Shown here piece after piece: positions 59,685 to 64,000 of a stretch of DNA of 64,000 nt. Position 1 is the first letter of the stretch. Each line of letters begins with the position of its first letter. Both the position numbers and the translations under genes were made by a program. The notes beneath the pieces were generated by a model. That model saw only the letters and a list, made by a program, of their open reading frames with translations. It was not told where the DNA came from and made no database searches. Source of the DNA: Mantamonas sphyraenae STR306. Its lineage: Eukaryota; Protista; CRuMs. The stretch spans positions 124,001-188,000 of the forward strand of contig JAPMXV010000001.1 of assembly GCA_026936335.1 (NCBI GenBank). Direction: 5' to 3'.

Positions 59685-60863
59685 TCAAAGTTTGGATTCG
59701 TCCAGTTCCAGGGCGACGACTTCGGTCATGGTGCGCTCGAGTTGGGGCCGGGAACGCTTGGAAACGAGGGGATACAAGCTGGCAATGTGCTGCTTGTACC
59801 AGGAGGACCCATCGCACTCGAGGCCCATGACGTCGTCGATGCAGGCGACCAGGTTGCGTCGGAAGGCCTTTTCCTTGGCGAGGGACTTGTCGACAGAGTG
59901 GCGAAAGACCTTGCGACGCAGAAAGACACGCATGGTGGCAGCAATGAGCTCGTCACGTTGGCTGGAGGAGGTCTCGTCGTCCAGGATGAAGTTGTCGAGG
60001 TGGTCCTCGCTCTCGTTGTCAAGATGGGAGTGGCCGTCAAAGGCACGCAGGAGGAAGTTGACCATCCACTCGAGGGTCTCTGGACGGTCTTCGCGGAAGC
60101 CACGTGCGCGAAAGTTGAAGAAGCGGACGACGCGCATGCCAAACAGGCGATCGGCCTCGACCCAGTCGACAAGGCGGTCCATGGGCAGGGGCACACGAAG
60201 GATGGCCAGGCTGGCATCGCCGACGCCGTAGCTGCTGGGGTCCACCAGCGTGTCTGTGTTGACGTCGTACACCATCATGTTGCAAGCAAACTCACCCTGG
60301 CATCCAGAGCCCAGGGTGTGTCCACTGAACTTCTGCTTGGCCTCCTTGTCCCCAATGGCAATAAAGTCGTCGCGGACGTCGCCTGTCTTTTCACTGGTCT
60401 TAAGGTGGTAGGCCCAGCCGTGGGCGTCACATTGCTCGGCCAACCAGGGCACGGGGCAAGTGAACAGCAGGTCGATGTCGTCGCCAATCACTCCGCGAAA
60501 CAGGTCGCGAAGGAAGCCGCCGTAAACGTAGACGTGGTAGCCGCCCTCTTTGATGGCGTCGCAGATGTCCTGAAAGAGGACCCCGTCGAGGCCGTCCACG
60601 GTGCGCTGCAGCGCCGTGCGGATCTCACGTCCGACAGCATCTGCGTTCCAGGTGAGGGCAGGTGGTGTGGCATAGCCCTGGACTGCGTCGTGGGCCATCA
60701 GATCGCTGTCTTCCAGGTCGTCGCTGCTGAGGTTTTCGTTGTCGGCCAGAATTTTGCGCACGTCTTCCCGGGTCAGGTACGGGTAGCCGTCTGCGTCCAG
60801 ATCCTGTTCCGGGTGGATGGAGGAGGTGGATTCGAGGGGCGACGCGTCGTCTGAAGAGGACAT
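59685..60863 (-). CDS. Divergent class II nucleotidyltransferase (CCA-adding/poly(A) polymerase head-like)
   Basis: VYVYGGFLRDLFRG...DDIDL, EFACNMMVYD...LVDP..YGVGD...ILR, RVVRF; intronless. Confidence 0.75.
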   Translation of the reverse strand: MSSSDDASPLESTSSIHPEQDLDADGYPYLTREDVRKILADNENLSSDDLEDSDLMAHDAVQGYATPPALTWNADAVGREIRTALQRTVDGLDGVLFQDICDAIKEGGYHVYVYGGFLRDLFRGVIGDDIDLLFTCPVPWLAEQCDAHGWAYHLKTSEKTGDVRDDFIAIGDKEAKQKFSGHTLGSGCQGEFACNMMVYDVNTDTLVDPSSYGVGDASLAILRVPLPMDRLVDWVEADRLFGMRVVRFFNFRARGFREDRPETLEWMVNFLLRAFDGHSHLDNESEDHLDNFILDDETSSSQRDELIAATMRVFLRRKVFRHSVDKSLAKEKAFRRNLVACIDDVMGLECDGSSWYKQHIASLYPLVSKRSRPQLERTMTEVVALELDESKL

Positions 60864-60922
60864 GTGGGAGGGGGTGGGAAATGGGATGGGGCAGCGAGGG
60901 CCGGGGCAAGTGAAGCGAGAAG

Positions 60923-63174
60923 ATGGACGACACAACGGCGATCGATCAAACGATCAAGGCGATCATCTTTGACATCAAAGCACAGTGCTTCCACGATGGG
61001 CATTTGATCTCAGACGCACTGGCGGTGATGGTGATGAAGGCAGTGGTGCTGGAGAACCAGGAGGAGTATGATCTGGATGGGGAGATGAGCGCGGAGCAGG
61101 TGGAGGCGTTTACAAGCGTACGTGTGGAGCGTGTGAAGGGTTGTGGAGGGACAAGGGGAGCACAGGAGCATTCGCGTGGTTGCAGAGGGGAATGGAGGAC
61201 ACGTGCTGACGCGTTTGTGTGTGATTGCAGCTGTGTGTGGACAGGATCACGGAAAAGAACAGCCCGTCGCTGGCAACGATGCAGATGCAGGTGGCGTTTG
61301 AGAGCGCATCGCAAGAGCAGGAGGAAAAGCGGGACCAGAGGAAGCGGGCATTTGTGGACAAGTGCAACAAGATGCTGCATGAGATTGCAGAGAGCAAGGC
61401 AAAGAGCGTGGGCGGACTGGAAGGTAAGCGGTAGCCGTTGCGGGTCCGAGTCTTGGCGAGTTTTTGCGAAGGAAAAGGGGGGTGGAGAAGGAAGAGAAGG
61501 TGCAGAGGGGAAGGAGAGGAGGGGGCAGGGAGATAAGGGGGGGTGGTGGGTGGGTGAAAGGGGGGGGCACGGATTGTGGAGGCACATGGTGTGGGAGAAA
61601 CGGGGGTGGGGGATGACGTGTGGACGTGTGGCGGCTGACACACACGCGCACACTCACTTGGCTTGGTGGAACGACAGCGTTGTACCGGAAAGATTGTGTC
61701 GTATGTGATCACACAGAGTGCGCTGGGGGCGCCGACAGACACGGGCACGGTGCGAGAGACGACGGCTGCGCTGGAGTCGATTTTCCCGCAGAGCGAACTG
61801 GTGGGGTTTGTGCAGCTGCCGCGAGGAGAGAAGGAGGAACATTTGAAGCAGTTTGCGGCACTGGTGACGGGCATTCGTCTGTTCAACATGGAGATTGGGC
61901 AGGGAGGGAGCGGGGTGCGTGAACTGCCAAAGATGTGCAACGACCTGGGCAAGTCGCTGAGCTACGACCTGTACCAAAAGATGGAGGGTCTGCAGGACCT
62001 GGTGGCACAGTACAGCGTGGTGATCAACGCGGCGGAAAAGAGTGTGCAGGCGGAGCTGGAGGAGGTGGACGTGGTGCGACACAAGGAGGAGCTGGTGAAC
62101 GCACGGCAGTACCAATTCTACTGCCAGCTGCTGCAGACGAATGTGGAGGCGTCGCGGGAACAGATTGGGATCTATGTGGAGAACTACGAGGCCAAGTTGG
62201 TGGAGCTGCAGACGATTGTCAAGTCGCAGACGGCGGTGGCGACGGAGGCGGTGTTTCCACGATTCCTGTTTCTGGCACACATGTGGGAGGGGCTGCAGGA
62301 GGAGGAGGAGATCCTGCAGGCGATTGGGGCCATCAGTGACGCGGTGCATCCGTTTTCGACGTCGTTTGAAAGTGCACTGCGGGACGAGGATGTGGAGACG
62401 TCGTTTGCTCTCAAGGCAGAGACGGACGCACGGACGGCTGCTGAGGAGGCGGCGGCAGAGGCAGAGGTGGCGGAACGCGGTGGGGCGCCTGCAGACGGGG
62501 CTGTGGTGGTGAGTGCCGAGGAGGTGGAGGCAGCAGAGGTGGTGACGGAGTACAAGGGCTTCTGCCCGTGGACTTTGGTGGCACGCGATGGCCTGCTGCT
62601 GCAAGGAGACGTGTCGTTGGGTCTGGTGGTCTACAACGAGCGGTACTATGCGTTGGCGTCGTCGCGCGCACTGGCAGAGTTTCTGGAGCATCCAGAGGCG
62701 TACGTGGCCGGAGTGGCGGAGGCGGCGCGGAGGTCGCCAGAGTTGATTGCGTTGTTGGGCATCGAGGAGGCGTGGAGTGGAGTGGGGCGACTGGAGGAAA
62801 TCCGTGTGCAGATGGGAGCGTGGGGAAGGGACGGGTCGAGCGCAGGCAAGTCGTTCTCGGATGCACAGTGTGGGACGGACGACTATGAGCTGCCGTCGGG
62901 TCACGACGAAGGGTACGAGTGGAACGAGTGGGCGATGCGACGCAAGGCGCTGTTGCTTGTGAATCTGCGCAACAAGAGGACGCACTCGACACAAACACAC
63001 AAGAGTCAGTTCCGCAGGGAGGCGGAGACGCAGGTGTATGTGAACAAGGAGAACGGGACGCAGACTGGCATTGACAAGGGGGTCAACCACGCCAAGCGGG
63101 TGCAAAAGGTGATGGGGTTGCGCGGCGGGCGGCAGGAGAAGGTGCACGTTGTGAGTGTGGAGTTGGAGCTGTGA
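60923..63174 (+). CDS. CFAP206: Cilia- and flagella-associated protein 206 (~627 aa)
   Basis: Exons 60923-61117, 61231-61423, 61678-63174 (extra A at ~61690). SPSLATMQMQVAF, ETTAALESIFPQSEL, VTGIRLFN, YEWNEWAMRRKAL, STQTHKSQFRRE. Confidence 0.92.
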
Positions 63175-63244
63175 GGAATGAATGGGCGATGAATGTGGGA
63201 GCAGTGGATGGGATGGCACATGCACTGCAATTGCGAGAAGGGCG

Positions 63245-63256
63245 AAAAAAAGAAAA
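63245..63256 (-). terminator. RNA polymerase III terminator (TTTTCTTTTTTT)
   Basis: T-run 4 nt downstream of the tRNA 3' end, in an otherwise GC-rich genome. Confidence 0.8.
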
Positions 63257-63260
63257 TGGT

Positions 63261-63376
63261 CACCCCCGACGGGATTCGAACCCGCAACCTCCCAGTACCC
63301 GAAGGACGATAGAAGCCGGGTGCGCTATCCAATTTGGCGGGGATGATTGTGCTAAAATCCCATGCGCCACAGGGGT
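63261..63376 (-). tRNA. trnR-UCU: tRNA-Arg(UCU) with two introns (D-loop 14/15: 63334-63362; anticodon loop 37/38: 63297-63309)
   Basis: After removing both inserts: ACCCCTG TG GCGC AATTGGATA GCGC A CCCGG CTTCTAA CTGGG AGGTT GCGGG TTCGAAT CCCGT CGGGGGT G, with all four stems pairing. Confidence 0.9.
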
Positions 63377-63645
63377 GGTTTGCGCCTAATGCGGCCGAAC
63401 AGGTAGATAATGGAGTTGGATTTGCATTAAGGAGAAACGGGGTTGCGACCAGGGTGTGAGGATATGGGAGAGATTGTTGTGGACTGGAGAGGGGGGAGAG
63501 GGGGTAGTGTGGGTAGTGGGGGAGAGGAATGGGGGAGTGGGGTGGAGGGATGGAGGCGTGGGGAGTGGGTTCGAGCGAGTAGCGGGAGCGGAGGCAGGAG
63601 AACAAGGAGGGGAACCGTGCCAATTCGACAGTCGGAACCGAGAGC

Positions 63646-64000
63646 ATGAGCGAGCGCTCGGAAGTGTTGCAAGCAGAGCTGCAGGCGATGGAGGACCTGA
63701 TTGGCCAGTTTGACGCGGATGACTTTGAGGACGAGGCGTTTGGGGTGGCAGAGAGTGGACAGGGAGTAGGCGTGGCGCAGGAGACGGATGTACAGGTAGC
63801 GAATGAGGCGAGGGTGGATGATGTGGATACACAGGTGGATGTAGAAGAGGGTAGGCTGCGGGAACCTGCGGATGCCAAGTTTCAATTTCCGTTTGATCCG
63901 TACGACATCCAGGTGGGGCTGATGAAGACGATCTTTGAGACGCTGGAGAAAGGGGGCGTGGCACTGCTGGAGTCGCCGACGGGCACGGGCAAGACGCTGT
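63646..64000 (+). CDS. DDX11: DDX11/Chl1-like Fe-S DNA helicase, 5' partial
   Basis: [38 protein letters not shown]; first ATG after the stop at 63580. Confidence 0.8.
   Translation, partial: MSERSEVLQAELQAMEDLIGQFDADDFEDEAFGVAESGQGVGVAQETDVQVANEARVDDVDTQVDVEEGRLREPADAKFQFPFDPYDIQVGLMKTIFETLEKGGVALLESPTGTGKTL

Noticed and set aside
1309-61700. Programmed ribosomal frameshifting or an alternative genetic code
   Set aside because: Shifts go in both directions, mostly in short homopolymers and with no shared slippery motif; all three stop codons are used normally.
63261-63345. tRNA pseudogene starting at ATCCCCG with a broken D-stem
   Set aside because: A complete 5' half (ACCCCTG-TG-GCGC-A) lies just upstream, and the intervening sequence forms a BHB-like intron.
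63420-63427. ATTTGCAT octamer upstream of the tRNA
   Set aside because: Single 8-mer that also occurs elsewhere (near 7606 and 39602); no supporting promoter architecture.

Overview
Very compact, GC-rich genomic DNA from a flagellated microbial eukaryote (standard code, GT-AG spliceosomal introns of 83-690 nt, axonemal genes CFAP206 and a CFAP52-like WD40 protein). I can reconstruct 24 protein-coding genes (two truncated by the window edges: beta-tubulin and a DDX11-like helicase) and one tRNA gene. Intergenic gaps are mostly only 15-190 nt. Two features stand out. (1) A tRNA-Arg(UCU) gene (63261-63376, -) carries a canonical 37/38 intron plus an archaeal-style bulge-helix-bulge intron in the D-loop at 14/15. 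(2) A spliced, signal-peptide-bearing ~2240-aa gene (19911-27092, +) is built from ~24 phage tail-fibre-like repeats and ends in an S74 intramolecular chaperone domain; it sits head-to-head with a ~3295-aa polycystin-1-like receptor with two tandem REJ-GAIN/GPS modules. Other notable items: a SAC9-like probable pseudophosphatase, a zinc-finger-cullin fusion, a CHD-FYR fusion, a divergent class II nucleotidyltransferase, and GC-skew flips inside long ORFs. Scattered 1-nt indels, mostly in homopolymer runs, suggest long-read assembly errors. All family assignments are from motif recognition by eye; no searches were run.
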